A stretch of 52,592 bases of DNA from Coriobacteriia bacterium (GTDB lineage Bacteria > Actinomycetota > Coriobacteriia > Anaerosomatales > PHET01), in the NCBI GenBank assembly GCA_009779675.1, contig WRDS01000002.1, positions 1 to 52,592 on the forward strand, in the 5' to 3' direction. Made by a program: the position numbers and the translations under genes. Below are positions 25,855 through 35,498 of this stretch, in pieces. Each line of letters starts with the position of its first letter. Position 1 is the stretch's first letter. The notes under the pieces are model-generated. The model saw only the letters and a list, made by a program, of their open reading frames with translations. It made no database searches and had not been told where the DNA came from.

Positions 25855-27399
25855 TTATTTGGCGTAGTCGACCGCACGGCTCTCCCTGATCACAACCACC
25901 CGTATCTGGCCGGGGTACTCCAGCTCGTCCTCGATCTCCTTTGCGATGTCGCGTGCGAGCACGGTCGCGTCGCCGTCGTTGATCTGCTCAGGTTTTACCA
26001 TGACGCGTATTTCCCGTCCGGCCTGCATGGCGTAGGTCTTTTCAACGCCACTGTGTGCGTTGGCAACGGCCTCCAACTTCTCAAGCCGCTTGATGTAGCT
26101 TTCAAGAGTCTCCCGCCGAGCCCCAGGCCTTCCGGCAGAAATGGCATCTGCAGCCTGGACCAAAACAGCCTCTATGCTCGTCGGGTCGACATCTGCATGG
26201 TGCGCCTCAATGGCGTGTATGACGGGTTTAGGCTCATTCATCCGCCGAGCAATGTCTGCGCCTATCACCGCATGCGGACCCTCTACCTCATGGTCAACGG
26301 CCTTGCCCAGGTCATGTAGTAGCCCTGCGCGTTTAGCAATTGCCGGATCGAGTCCGAGTTCCGCGGCCATCACGCCGGCCAGCCATGAGACCTCAAGGGA
26401 GTGCTTGAGGACGTTCTGCCCATAGGAGGTTCGGAACCGTAGGCGGCCAAGGACCTTCAATATCTCAGGGTGCAGGTTGTGGATCCCCGCGTCGAGGACG
26501 GCCTGCTCTCCCGCATCATGCACCTGTTGGGACACAAGCAGCTCCGCCTTGTTATACATCTCTTCGATACGGGCAGGATGGATGCGTCCGTCTGCAATAA
26601 GGGTCTCAAGCGTGATGCGACCGACCTCACGCCGCACAGGGTCGAAGCTTGAAAGGACGACTGCCTCCGGCGTGTCGTCAATGATGAGGTTGATGCCGGT
26701 GATCTGCTCGAAGGCGCGTATATTACGCCCCTCTCGGCCGATAATGCGCCCCTTCATGTCATCGCTCGCTATGTGCACGACCGAGACCGTCGACTCCACC
26801 GTGTGGTCTGCCGCCACGCGCTGTATCGCAATCCCAACGACCTGCCTGGCTTTGCGGTCCGCCTCTTCGCGTGCACGGGCCTCCGACTCGCGGATGAAAG
26901 CGGCAGCATCCCGCTTCACCTCATCCTTGATGCGGTTCATCAGCTCGGCTTTTGCCTCGTCCGCGGTCATGATAGCCACAGCCTCGAGCTGGCGTTGCTC
27001 ATGCGCAAGCAACTCCTCTAGATCCTTCTCTCGTTTGACGAGCTGCCCTTGAAGCGATGAGATCTGGTGCTCCCGTTTGTCAAGTGACTCGGCGCGCCGA
27101 TCCACGGACTCCTCCCGTGATGCAAGCCTTTGCTCAAGCCCCTGGATCTCTTTGCGACGCTCTTTGATCTCCGTATCAGTCTCTTGCTTCATGTGGAATA
27201 TCTGATCTTTAGCCTCGATCAGAGCTTCCTTCTTCATCGTCTCGGCCTGCTTCTCGGCATCACGCACAACCCGGTCTGCCTCTTCGGCAGCGCGAACCGT
27301 ACGATCCTTTAGTAGGAAACGATTGAGAACATAGCCGAGGGCTGCGCCGATAACACCGCCGATAACACAGCCGACAACGAAAACGAGTGACTTGTCCAC
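25855..27399 (-). CDS. rny: Ribonuclease Y
   Basis: N-terminal [22 protein letters not shown], coiled coil, KH domain ([15 protein letters not shown]), HD domain ([10 protein letters not shown]...LLHDLGK). GTG 27399 after AAAGGGGGG. Confidence 0.93.
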   Translation of the reverse strand: MDKSLVFVVGCVIGGVIGAALGYVLNRFLLKDRTVRAAEEADRVVRDAEKQAETMKKEALIEAKDQIFHMKQETDTEIKERRKEIQGLEQRLASREESVDRRAESLDKREHQISSLQGQLVKREKDLEELLAHEQRQLEAVAIMTADEAKAELMNRIKDEVKRDAAAFIRESEARAREEADRKARQVVGIAIQRVAADHTVESTVSVVHIASDDMKGRIIGREGRNIRAFEQITGINLIIDDTPEAVVLSSFDPVRREVGRITLETLIADGRIHPARIEEMYNKAELLVSQQVHDAGEQAVLDAGIHNLHPEILKVLGRLRFRTSYGQNVLKHSLEVSWLAGVMAAELGLDPAIAKRAGLLHDLGKAVDHEVEGPHAVIGADIARRMNEPKPVIHAIEAHHADVDPTSIEAVLVQAADAISAGRPGARRETLESYIKRLEKLEAVANAHSGVEKTYAMQAGREIRVMVKPEQINDGDATVLARDIAKEIEDELEYPGQIRVVVIRESRAVDYAK

Positions 27400-27662
27400 G
27401 CGCCCCCCTTTCTTAGTCTGATATTCGCAATAACGTATTAGCGGTAACGCAGTCACAGGCACGTACTCAGCGCATGCGCTAGACCGCACTGCGTCTGAAC
27501 ACATCCTTCGAGCATCATGATTGTTATCGTCTGCAAACTTCTGCGAAAGCAAGGAGAGCACAACCACTCAGGGCCGCGTATCTGCTCTTGTGCCGGTGTT
27601 ACAGACAACCGCAAACTGCAAAGTGCGCAGCTTCGCGGAGTAAAATTACGATGCTTGCTAAA

Positions 27663-27691
27663 ATGATAGGGTTACCTGCGGTTTTCGTCAA
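27663..27691 (-). promoter_or_regulatory. Putative rny promoter
   Basis: Minus strand reads TTGACG (27691-27686), 17-nt spacer, TATCAT (27668-27663). This implies a 5-prime UTR of about 260 nt. Confidence 0.45.
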
Positions 27692-27794
27692 CTAAGCAGC
27701 GCTACGCTTTTGTGTAGATTATGTAGATTGCCGGCGGCGGCACAGGTTTCTTTGCGATGCACCTGACATCACCTGACATCGGGTTAAAAGGGTT

Positions 27795-29195
27795 TCAGTC
27801 CAGTAAAAGATCCCTCAGCTTCTCCATGACATTGTCAGAGACCACATTGTTTCCGCCATAGATCTGGATATCCGGTTTGGGCTTGGCGCTCCCATACGCA
27901 CCGGGTAAATAGCTTGTCCAGTTCGCAGAGAGTATGTCGGGAGTGGTCAAGGCCAAGATGCCGCCATGCTTGCCTGCTGCAGCCCCACCAGCAAGTGCGT
28001 CCGGGAAATTAAGCCCCGTTGCGACACCGATAAAGCTCCTGGTGGCTAGCGAGTTTGCAAAAGCGTATTCAGCGATTTTTTGCGCGGTCTCATAACGGGT
28101 AGCCCCTTGTACACGCCTGACCTTCGGGTTTGTGCCAAGGGCTTTAACCGCATTCTCGACATCGACAGAGACCGCTGCAGAGGAGCCTAAGATGGTCACG
28201 TCTGCGATCTTCATATCCTTGATGATATCTGCAGCAGCCCACGAGAGGGATGTGGGACGGGTAAGGATTACGGGGATTTTATTTCGGTACGCAAGAGGGG
28301 ACACGGCCAGGCCGTCTGCGAAGTTGTCGCCACGGGCTAAGAATGCCTTTTTGGCAAACGACGGGCCCGCAAGGGCCGCTACCACTTGTGTGATCTTGGC
28401 ACTTGTCTCGTAACGATCGGCACCGGCGATGCGTTCAACGGAAAGCCCTGCACCGGAAAGCTCGTCCTTAACCGCTTTGGAGACCGCTGCATCAGAGCCC
28501 ATTATCCAGACCTCACTGGCCCCTAGGCGCTTGACCTCGTCACGCACTCCGGCGCTCAAGATGTCCGACCGAGTAAGGAGGAGCGGGGCTTTAAGCGAGC
28601 CGGCCAGAGCAGATGCGGAAAGTGCATCTGCGTAGTTCATGCCAGTGGCAAGTATGACGGCATCCGCAGACTTGAAGTTCTTTTTACTCACGTCAATGGC
28701 GGTTGCGAAGCGATCAGCGCCATTGACGCGGGTGATTGAGTTCCCCTCGTCCTTCTCTTCCTCACCGCCGCCACCACCTGCGCCGTCGTCTGGGGTGACG
28801 GTAAAGTTAACCGTGTTGCGAGCCTCTTTGTTACCCGCATGGTCTTCTGCCCAGAACTCCAAGGTGTAGTTGCCTGGGGTTAAAACGGTGACGATCGTTG
28901 TTCTGCCAGTTGTTGTGACCTGTGCGCCGCTGCCCAGCACTGTGTAGCTGACCTGCTTGACACCGCTCACCACAGAGCCTGCAGGGCCCGTGTCTGTGGC
29001 AGTGATAGTGATTACCGCCTCACCCGTGTAACTCGCCTTAGCATCAGAGCTTGATACCGGCGGAGTGGTATCGGGCTCAGCCTCAGCGGCGAGCACCGTC
29101 GATGGAATGATCCCAAAGGCGAGCATCAAGCAAAGCAGTGTCGAGATGCGCATTCTCCAGTCCATGCACGCCTTCTTTTTGCCAATTTGACCCAT
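27795..29195 (-). CDS. Intact CWB2 (cell-wall-binding repeat 2) surface protein with N-terminal Ig-like domain
   Basis: RBS AGGAGAAGGA. Signal peptide ISTLLCLMLAFGIIPSTVLAAEA. Ig-like segment (ITITATDTGPAGSVVSGVKQVSY...FWAEDHAGNKEARNTVNFTV). Gly/Glu linker. Three CWB2 modules ([36 protein letters not shown]). Confidence 0.85.
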   Translation of the reverse strand: MGQIGKKKACMDWRMRISTLLCLMLAFGIIPSTVLAAEAEPDTTPPVSSSDAKASYTGEAVITITATDTGPAGSVVSGVKQVSYTVLGSGAQVTTTGRTTIVTVLTPGNYTLEFWAEDHAGNKEARNTVNFTVTPDDGAGGGGGEEEKDEGNSITRVNGADRFATAIDVSKKNFKSADAVILATGMNYADALSASALAGSLKAPLLLTRSDILSAGVRDEVKRLGASEVWIMGSDAAVSKAVKDELSGAGLSVERIAGADRYETSAKITQVVAALAGPSFAKKAFLARGDNFADGLAVSPLAYRNKIPVILTRPTSLSWAAADIIKDMKIADVTILGSSAAVSVDVENAVKALGTNPKVRRVQGATRYETAQKIAEYAFANSLATRSFIGVATGLNFPDALAGGAAAGKHGGILALTTPDILSANWTSYLPGAYGSAKPKPDIQIYGGNNVVSDNVMEKLRDLLLD

Positions 29196-29434
29196 GTGAC
29201 ATCCTTCTCCTATGGGCGGACATCAAAAGAAATCCCATCACAACAGGAGTGACACCAGGTTTATCGGCTATTTTTGCTGCAGCATTCACCCTGAAAAAAT
29301 ACTCGTCAGTCAATGTTGATGACGTGCTTCAACGACGCAGGTTCGCAGTTGTTTTCCCTGCAGCACGTGTGGTATGTGCTTAACGTGGTAATAAAGGAAT
29401 GTAGCGGGAAAGGATTGTAGCGAGCCTGGGCTTC

Positions 29435-30487
29435 TCAATCGGTCTTTTCTGCCGCATCCGCCTCCTTTACCGACGGGCTTCTGGAGGACTCTGGTGCAGG
29501 AAGATCCAAGGTCTGTCTGATGCGGGACTCGATCTCGTCACGAAGGTCTGGGTTCTCGCGAAGCGAGTCTTTAGCTGCCTCGCGTCCTTGTCCAAGTCGG
29601 TTGTCGTTATAGGCATACCAGGCACCGGACTTCGCTACGATCCCCTCTTCCACGCCAAGATCAAGGATCGAGCCTTCTTTGCTGATGCCAAACCCATACA
29701 TAAGATCAAACTCTGCTTGCCTGAACGGGGGAGCTACCTTGTTCTTCACGACTTTCGCCCGCACTCTGCCACCCACAACCTCGGTGCCCTGCTTTATGTG
29801 ATCGATCCTGCGGACATCGATGCGCACGCTGGAGAAGAACTTGAGCGCCCTACCGCCTGTGGTGGTTTCCGGATTACCGTATACGACCCCGATTTTTTCA
29901 CGGAGCTGGTTAATGAAGATACATGTCGTATTGGAGCGGTTCAAAGAGCCTGCCAGCTTGCGAAGCGCTTGACTCATCAAGCGTGCCTGTAAACCGACAA
30001 CGGTATCCCCCATCTCCCCCTCGATCTCGGCGCGTGGGACAAGGGCTGCAACCGAGTCGATGACAACGACATCGATCGCCCCGCTGCGGACAAGCATATC
30101 GGCGATCTCCAGCCCCTGTTCACCGGTGTCTGGCTGACTTATCAGTATCTCGTTTATGTCAACGCCGAGGCGGGACGCATAACCAGGGTCGAGCGCATGC
30201 TCTGCATCAATAAAAGCGGCAACACCACCCATTGCCTGGGCTTCTGCAACAATCTGCAAGGCCAAGGTGGTTTTCCCGCTGGACTCTGGGCCAAAGATCT
30301 CGACAATCCTGCCCCGAGGGACACCGCCGATTCCCAGCGCTGCATCAAGGGCCAACGACCCTGTGGGAATCACCGACACCTGCTGTCCGGCGGCGTTTTC
30401 CCCGAGTCTCATCAAAGAGCCTTTGCCGAATTTCTTCTCGATCTGCTCTTTGGTGATCTCGAGCATCTTGTTCTTCTCGGTTTCCAT
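29435..30487 (-). CDS. recA: Recombinase RecA
   Basis: [46 protein letters not shown]. Confidence 0.97.
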   Translation of the reverse strand: METEKNKMLEITKEQIEKKFGKGSLMRLGENAAGQQVSVIPTGSLALDAALGIGGVPRGRIVEIFGPESSGKTTLALQIVAEAQAMGGVAAFIDAEHALDPGYASRLGVDINEILISQPDTGEQGLEIADMLVRSGAIDVVVIDSVAALVPRAEIEGEMGDTVVGLQARLMSQALRKLAGSLNRSNTTCIFINQLREKIGVVYGNPETTTGGRALKFFSSVRIDVRRIDHIKQGTEVVGGRVRAKVVKNKVAPPFRQAEFDLMYGFGISKEGSILDLGVEEGIVAKSGAWYAYNDNRLGQGREAAKDSLRENPDLRDEIESRIRQTLDLPAPESSRSPSVKEADAAEKTD

Positions 30488-30563
30488 AGTTCTTCTACTC
30501 CCTGTTCAGTGATTCCTAAAAGCCGGATAGTTTGGCTTGTCCAAGAGGCTGACTGTACCTGCT

Positions 30564-30592
30564 ACCTTATACGAACATATGTTCGTTGTCAA
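30564..30592 (-). promoter_or_regulatory. recA promoter with embedded LexA box
   Basis: Minus strand reads TTGACA-ACGAACATATGTTCG-TATAAGGT. The perfect CGAACATATGTTCG at 30572-30585 lies between the -35 and -10 elements. Confidence 0.75.
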
Positions 30593-30659
30593 TCGACAGC
30601 ATCAAAAACACGGTTTCAATTTCGCGTCTGCAACCAGCTCCGCAGTTTGCAGCTTCAAA

Positions 30660-31310
30660 TCAACCGGTTTCCGCCCTGTCCGCCTTACCGCAAAGCGGCC
30701 ATGCGCCGATCTCTGTGTACTTTGGCCCCCGGGGACTTAAAACGCTTGTGAACACAGTAACCGAAGCCACTGACACGGAAAGCGCTTGGCCGCCCATTGG
30801 GCGGCCAAGCGCTCGGTCGCTGCCCATAAGGGCGCTGTTTTCAGTACGCGCACTGCCGAGGAAAGGCACGCCGCCTGCAATGGCTTTCGGATGCCGCGCT
30901 CGGCACAGGGTGATATGTGGAACCGCCGTGCGCTCGTCAGGCAGGATGCCAAAGGCGGATGCAGCCTGTTGGATTTTGGCAACCAGCTCGGCAAAGTGAT
31001 GGCCCTCATCAAGGTACTGAACCCACAGCATGCCGCAGCGACGGGAGTTGGGCACCGCCTGCACCTTCTCGGCATGAAGGGTAAATGGCTCGGTGGACGC
31101 AACGACCTCCCCGATCCCACTTTGCAGTAAGGCCAGGTCGTGCTCGGTAAGGGTTCCGAAGAACTGCACAGTGATGTGGTAGTTTTGCGGAAGGACCCAC
31201 TTCTCATCGCGCCAATCCGGTGCATCGGCGCGGATGGCATCGCGAATCCGGGTAAGCTCCCGAACGGTGGTGTCGTTAAGGCTGATGCCTGCGAAACAGC
31301 GAGCGCCCAT
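30660..31310 (-). CDS. thpR: RNA 2',3'-cyclic phosphodiesterase (2H phosphoesterase, ThpR/LigT family)
   Basis: Two HxT motifs (YHITVQFFG and PHITLCRA). The ATG shares one nucleotide with the cinA stop (TGATG). Confidence 0.8.
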   Translation of the reverse strand: MGARCFAGISLNDTTVRELTRIRDAIRADAPDWRDEKWVLPQNYHITVQFFGTLTEHDLALLQSGIGEVVASTEPFTLHAEKVQAVPNSRRCGMLWVQYLDEGHHFAELVAKIQQAASAFGILPDERTAVPHITLCRARHPKAIAGGVPFLGSARTENSALMGSDRALGRPMGGQALSVSVASVTVFTSVLSPRGPKYTEIGAWPLCGKADRAETG

Positions 31311-32533
31311 CAGCGGCGCATTCCCAGCGCCTCGCACCTCAAAAGGTCGAGCGCCGCGCTCGTTGCCCGTTGGCGCACGGATTCCCTGCTTCCCTTGGCG
31401 AACAGGTTTTTTGAGGCGCTGGCACCCCATGTGGAGCTGACCGCCATCCAGACAAGCCCGACGGGCTTTTCGACAGAGCCGCCCCCAGGCCCGGCAATTC
31501 CGGTCACCGAGACCGCTATGTCGGCGCCAAACATCCGGCGCCCCCCCTCGGCCATTGAAAGAGCCGTCTGCTCGCTCACCGCCCCGTGCTCGGCAAGCAG
31601 CGCGGCATCTACGCCAAGGATGCGTTGCTTTGCCTCGTTTGAGTAGGTGACGACCCCGCCGAGGAACACCTCGGATGCGCCGGGCACATCGGTGATAGCA
31701 GCTGACACCATGCCGCCGGTGCAGGACTCGGCACAGGCAACGGTCAGCCCGTTGGCGCGCAACGCGCAGACCAGCTCCTCGCCAAGGCTCTTCCCGGTCC
31801 GGGTGTAACACGCCTTCCCCAGCGCATCCGCGATCTCGGCGGCGGCACTCTCCATGCCGGACTGGTCAGCCCCATCATCCAGCAGCAAGAGACGCACGTC
31901 TCCCGGATATGCAAGGACGGTGAAGATGATGCCCGTGTGGGACTCGAGCACCCTGCTTGCAGCCGCCTGTGCGTCAGACTCGCCTTTTCCCACCACGCCG
32001 AGCTCGATAGGGCGGGTGCGCACAAGTGGGAACCGCTGCAGCCACGCGTCCAGCATGGGGCGCATCTCGGTTGGCGGGCCGGGCAAGAACACGACCGTGC
32101 CCTCCCCTACACGGAGCACTTGGCCAGAAGCCGTCCCTGTCTGGGCCGCGAGTATCTCCGCCCCTTTTAGGCAAAGTGACTGGTTGAAAAACCCTTCCAG
32201 TGCACGCGAGTCATCCAGATGACCGGCCAGGCGGCTGGCCGTGGTGTGCAATTCGTCAGAGACGAGTGGCAGGTCAAATGCACGCGCAGCCGCCTCACGC
32301 GTCACATCATCGTGGGTCGGCCCAAGGCCGCCCGTGACGACAACGAGGGAGTACGCATCAGAAAGGCGCAAGAACTCTGCCGCCAATACATCCACGCTGT
32401 CCGGGCAGAGCACCGATTCAAGGACCACAAAGCCCCTGGGGGCGAGCTTACGTGCGATCTCAGCGGTATTGGTGTCGACTCGCAGCCCTGCGGTGAGCTC
32501 TGTGCCTACGGCCACTACCGCAGCCGTTTGCAT
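31310..32533 (-). CDS. cinA: CinA family protein (MoCF-binding domain plus nicotinamide-nucleotide amidase PncC domain)
   Basis: AAVVAVGTELTAG, VVTGGLGPTHDDVT, CAESCTGGMVSAAITDVPGAS. The ORF is open to 32587. ATG 32533 gives the canonical N-terminus. Confidence 0.9.
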   Translation of the reverse strand: MQTAAVVAVGTELTAGLRVDTNTAEIARKLAPRGFVVLESVLCPDSVDVLAAEFLRLSDAYSLVVVTGGLGPTHDDVTREAAARAFDLPLVSDELHTTASRLAGHLDDSRALEGFFNQSLCLKGAEILAAQTGTASGQVLRVGEGTVVFLPGPPTEMRPMLDAWLQRFPLVRTRPIELGVVGKGESDAQAAASRVLESHTGIIFTVLAYPGDVRLLLLDDGADQSGMESAAAEIADALGKACYTRTGKSLGEELVCALRANGLTVACAESCTGGMVSAAITDVPGASEVFLGGVVTYSNEAKQRILGVDAALLAEHGAVSEQTALSMAEGGRRMFGADIAVSVTGIAGPGGGSVEKPVGLVWMAVSSTWGASASKNLFAKGSRESVRQRATSAALDLLRCEALGMRR

Positions 32534-32540
32534 CCTGGCG

Positions 32541-33299
32541 TCACCCATGTGGGGTTTCCCGCACACCTGCAAGGCCGCCTGTATCATCTTCAGAGCCGCT
32601 CACATCGCCATTTGAGCCGTCTGCGCCATCTGCGGCGGGGTCATTCGCATCCGTCTCGGCGTTGTCCGCTTCATCTGCCCAAGGCCCGACCAGCACATCT
32701 GCTGCATGCCGGAAATAATCCGCCATCGAGACCATGGTCATGATGCATGCCGCCCCCATCACCGACCAAGCGACCGCTTGCGCAAACAGATGAAGGCCCA
32801 TGCCGTTGGCATCTGAGAACAACCGGGAGTCTTTCACGATGAACAAGATGATCGCGATGACTTGGAGTACCGTCTTTACTTTGCCATACCATGAGGCAGC
32901 GATCACGATCCCCTCGGCAGATGCAACCATCCGAAGCCCGCTTACGATGAACTCCCGAGAGATAATGAGAAGCGCCACCCATGCAGGCAGGATGCCGAGG
33001 CTCACCAAAGCGAGCAGTGCTGCAGTAACAAGCAGCTTGTCGGCAAGGGGGTCTAGGAACTTGCCAAAGGTGGTTATCTCATTCCTGGTGCGGGCCAGAT
33101 AGCCGTCGATCCCGTCTGTGGCGGCAATCAACGTGAATATCACCGCCGCGATCCATGGCTGCAAAGCCGCCATCAAGCGCGGGACCGCAAGCCAGCTCGG
33201 CCAGTCGACAAGCAGCGCAACGAGGAAGATCGGGATGAGCACGATCCGCGCAAGGGTGACCATGTTCGCCGAGTTAAGCTTGTTTTTCCGGACGCTCAC
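32541..33299 (-). CDS. pgsA: CDP-diacylglycerol-glycerol-3-phosphate 3-phosphatidyltransferase
   Basis: CDP-alcohol motif DGIDGYLARTRNEITTFGKFLDPLADK. Acidic C-terminal tail of about 50 aa. Confidence 0.92.
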   Translation of the reverse strand: MSVRKNKLNSANMVTLARIVLIPIFLVALLVDWPSWLAVPRLMAALQPWIAAVIFTLIAATDGIDGYLARTRNEITTFGKFLDPLADKLLVTAALLALVSLGILPAWVALLIISREFIVSGLRMVASAEGIVIAASWYGKVKTVLQVIAIILFIVKDSRLFSDANGMGLHLFAQAVAWSVMGAACIMTMVSMADYFRHAADVLVGPWADEADNAETDANDPAADGADGSNGDVSGSEDDTGGLAGVRETPHG

Positions 33300-34795
33300 C
33301 CAACGGCCTCCCCTTCAAGGTCATATCCTAAAGAATCAGTGATCCGGACGCTGGTAAGCCCGCTCCGCTGCCCCTTGGCAAGGAGCACGATGCCATCTAC
33401 ATCGGGTGCCTGGCCCTGGTGCCGCCCGACCCATCCCCCTTCGCCCTCGTCCATCCCCTCGACAAGCACTTCAAGCACTTTACCGACACAGCTGGCAGCC
33501 CGCTCAAAGCCAATGCGGTCCCCGATGTCTCGCAGCCGTTGTGCCCGGGCGATGCGCGTGCGTTTGGGAACCTGGGAGGGCATTCCATAAGCTGCCGTGC
33601 CTTCCTCTGGCGAGAACGGGAATACGCCCAGATAATCGAAGGAAGCGCGGCGTGCGAACTCCTCAAGCTCACGCGCATCCGAGCGCGACTCTCCAGGAAA
33701 GCCCGCGATAAGCGTTGTACGCAACACCGCACCGGGAAGCGCAGACCGGATCTTTTCGATAAGGGTCATGAAGGACTCGGCGTCACCGCTTCTGCCCATA
33801 GCTCGCAGAACCGACCCTGAGACATGCTGCAACGGTATATCAAGATAGCGGCAGACGTTCTCGTGCCGCGTCATCGCCTCAAGCAACCGGTCGCTTACGC
33901 CATCCGGCTGCACATACATAAGGCGTAGCCAGCGCACGCCCTCGACAGATGCAACCGCATCGACCACGTCGGCCAAGCCTGCCCCGCCTGCGCTGCCCGC
34001 TCTACCTCTGCCTGCTTCGCCCACACCGTCGGTTCCACCCGCACTGCCACCAAAGTCACGACCCCACGAGCTGGTATCCTGCCCGATCAGGACGATCTCT
34101 TGTGCGCCGAGGCGCACAAGCTGCTTCGCCTCGGCAATGATCGCATCAAGCGGTATGCTTTTGTAGGGTCCGCGAATCGTTGGAATGGTGCAAAACGCAC
34201 ATCGGCGGTGACACCCATCGGATATCTGCAGGTACGCCGAGACCCCGGAAGCGGTCCTGGTCGCAACCGCGTCCCGGCCCCGACGGCTCGCTCGGCCAGC
34301 TTTTTCGGGGCCTGCAGCTGCTTTTGATGTCGCCGCCGCCGCTTTCGCCATGCCCTTATCATCGCTGCCACTGCTGCCGCCGCTTCCGCACGTCGGAGCG
34401 CGCGGCACAAGCCTCTCAAGCGCAGCGACAAGCTCGGACTCCTGGTTGACCGGGACAAACGCCGCAACCTCCGGCATTGACTCGGCAAGCCCGTCGCCAT
34501 ACCGGCTGGGCATGCAACCGGCAACCACGAGCTTTCTGCCCTCTTTTGCAGGCACCCAGTCATGCGCTGCCTCAAGGACAGCGCATATCGACTCCTCGGT
34601 AGCCTCTTTAATGAAGGCACACGTGTTGATCACCAGGATATCTGCGTCCTCAGGTGAGCCGGCAACCGCAAAAGCGGAGGCGAGCACAGCTGCACGCATG
34701 CGGTCTGTGTCCACTTCGTTTTTTGGGCAGCCCAAAGTCAGGAACGCAATGGATGGGCTGCCGGGAAGCGCGGTCACATGCTCACCATTGCGCAC
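33296..34795 (-). CDS. rimO: Ribosomal protein S12 methylthiotransferase RimO with low-complexity insertions
   Basis: FLTLGCPKNEVD, radical-SAM CHRRCAFC, C-terminal TRAM domain. 4-nt overlap with pgsA. Confidence 0.9.
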   Translation of the reverse strand: MRNGEHVTALPGSPSIAFLTLGCPKNEVDTDRMRAAVLASAFAVAGSPEDADILVINTCAFIKEATEESICAVLEAAHDWVPAKEGRKLVVAGCMPSRYGDGLAESMPEVAAFVPVNQESELVAALERLVPRAPTCGSGGSSGSDDKGMAKAAAATSKAAAGPEKAGRASRRGRDAVATRTASGVSAYLQISDGCHRRCAFCTIPTIRGPYKSIPLDAIIAEAKQLVRLGAQEIVLIGQDTSSWGRDFGGSAGGTDGVGEAGRGRAGSAGGAGLADVVDAVASVEGVRWLRLMYVQPDGVSDRLLEAMTRHENVCRYLDIPLQHVSGSVLRAMGRSGDAESFMTLIEKIRSALPGAVLRTTLIAGFPGESRSDARELEEFARRASFDYLGVFPFSPEEGTAAYGMPSQVPKRTRIARAQRLRDIGDRIGFERAASCVGKVLEVLVEGMDEGEGGWVGRHQGQAPDVDGIVLLAKGQRSGLTSVRITDSLGYDLEGEAVG

Positions 34796-34822
34796 CCATC
34801 ATCGCATATCCCCATCGTGTGC

Positions 34823-35320
34823 TCATCGATAGTTCGTGTACTGCAAAGGAATGCCGTAATCCTTTTCCTTGAGGAACGCTATGATGTTTTGCAGCTCGTC
34901 ACGGCTCGTGCTTGAGACCCTGAGCTTCTCGCCTTCTATCTGCACTTTTGCCTTGAACTTCTCGTCGCGGATATCCTTGTTTATCTTGCGCGCCAGATCG
35001 GTCTCTATGCCCATGACGAGGGTTCCGATAAGACGCACATTCCCCATACTGGCGGCCTGTGGGTCGCTCCAGCGCACCGCCTTGAGATCCACTCCCCTGC
35101 GTACAAACCGGGAGTTCAGCACATCAATAACCTGCCGAGCAATAAAATCGCTTGGTGCCGTAAGGGTAAAGGACTTCTCGCCCTTGTTGAACTCGAGCTT
35201 TGCACCGGAACTCTTTAGGTCGTAGCGCTGTACCAGCTCTTTTGCACTCTGCTGATATGCATTATCGACCTCTTGCAGATCAACCTCTGAGACCACATCG
35301 AAACTGTTGTCCTTAGCCAT
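34823..35320 (-). CDS. yajQ: YajQ family nucleotide-binding protein (UPF0234)
   Basis: MAKDNSFDVVSEVDLQEVDNAYQQSAKE ... LQYTNYR. Confidence 0.88.
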   Translation of the reverse strand: MAKDNSFDVVSEVDLQEVDNAYQQSAKELVQRYDLKSSGAKLEFNKGEKSFTLTAPSDFIARQVIDVLNSRFVRRGVDLKAVRWSDPQAASMGNVRLIGTLVMGIETDLARKINKDIRDEKFKAKVQIEGEKLRVSSTSRDELQNIIAFLKEKDYGIPLQYTNYR

Positions 35321-35498
35321 ATGCGTCCCCCACAATCAGGTCGAAGTAGAGCCGGCATCACTTGTTGCCAACGCGTCCCGCCCCATGATGTCCGTGCATG
35401 TGCCTCTATTTTACCAAGGAGTCCCTAGGGTTGCTGTGCGAAGGGCATATCCACTAACTTGAGAGCAGCCGTACTCATGACATGGGAAACGCTTGACG

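Noticed and set aside
25855-27567. Full 570-aa version of the rny ORF.
   Set aside because: RNase Y begins with its TM helix. GTG 27399 is preceded by a G-rich RBS. The upstream 56 codons look non-coding and lie downstream of the predicted promoter.
30660-31811. A 383-aa ORF extending thpR upstream through the 3-prime end of cinA.
   Set aside because: The N-terminal 167 aa overlap cinA out of frame and are Arg/Cys-rich nonsense. The 2H-phosphoesterase homology begins at the ATG at 31310, which is coupled to the cinA stop.
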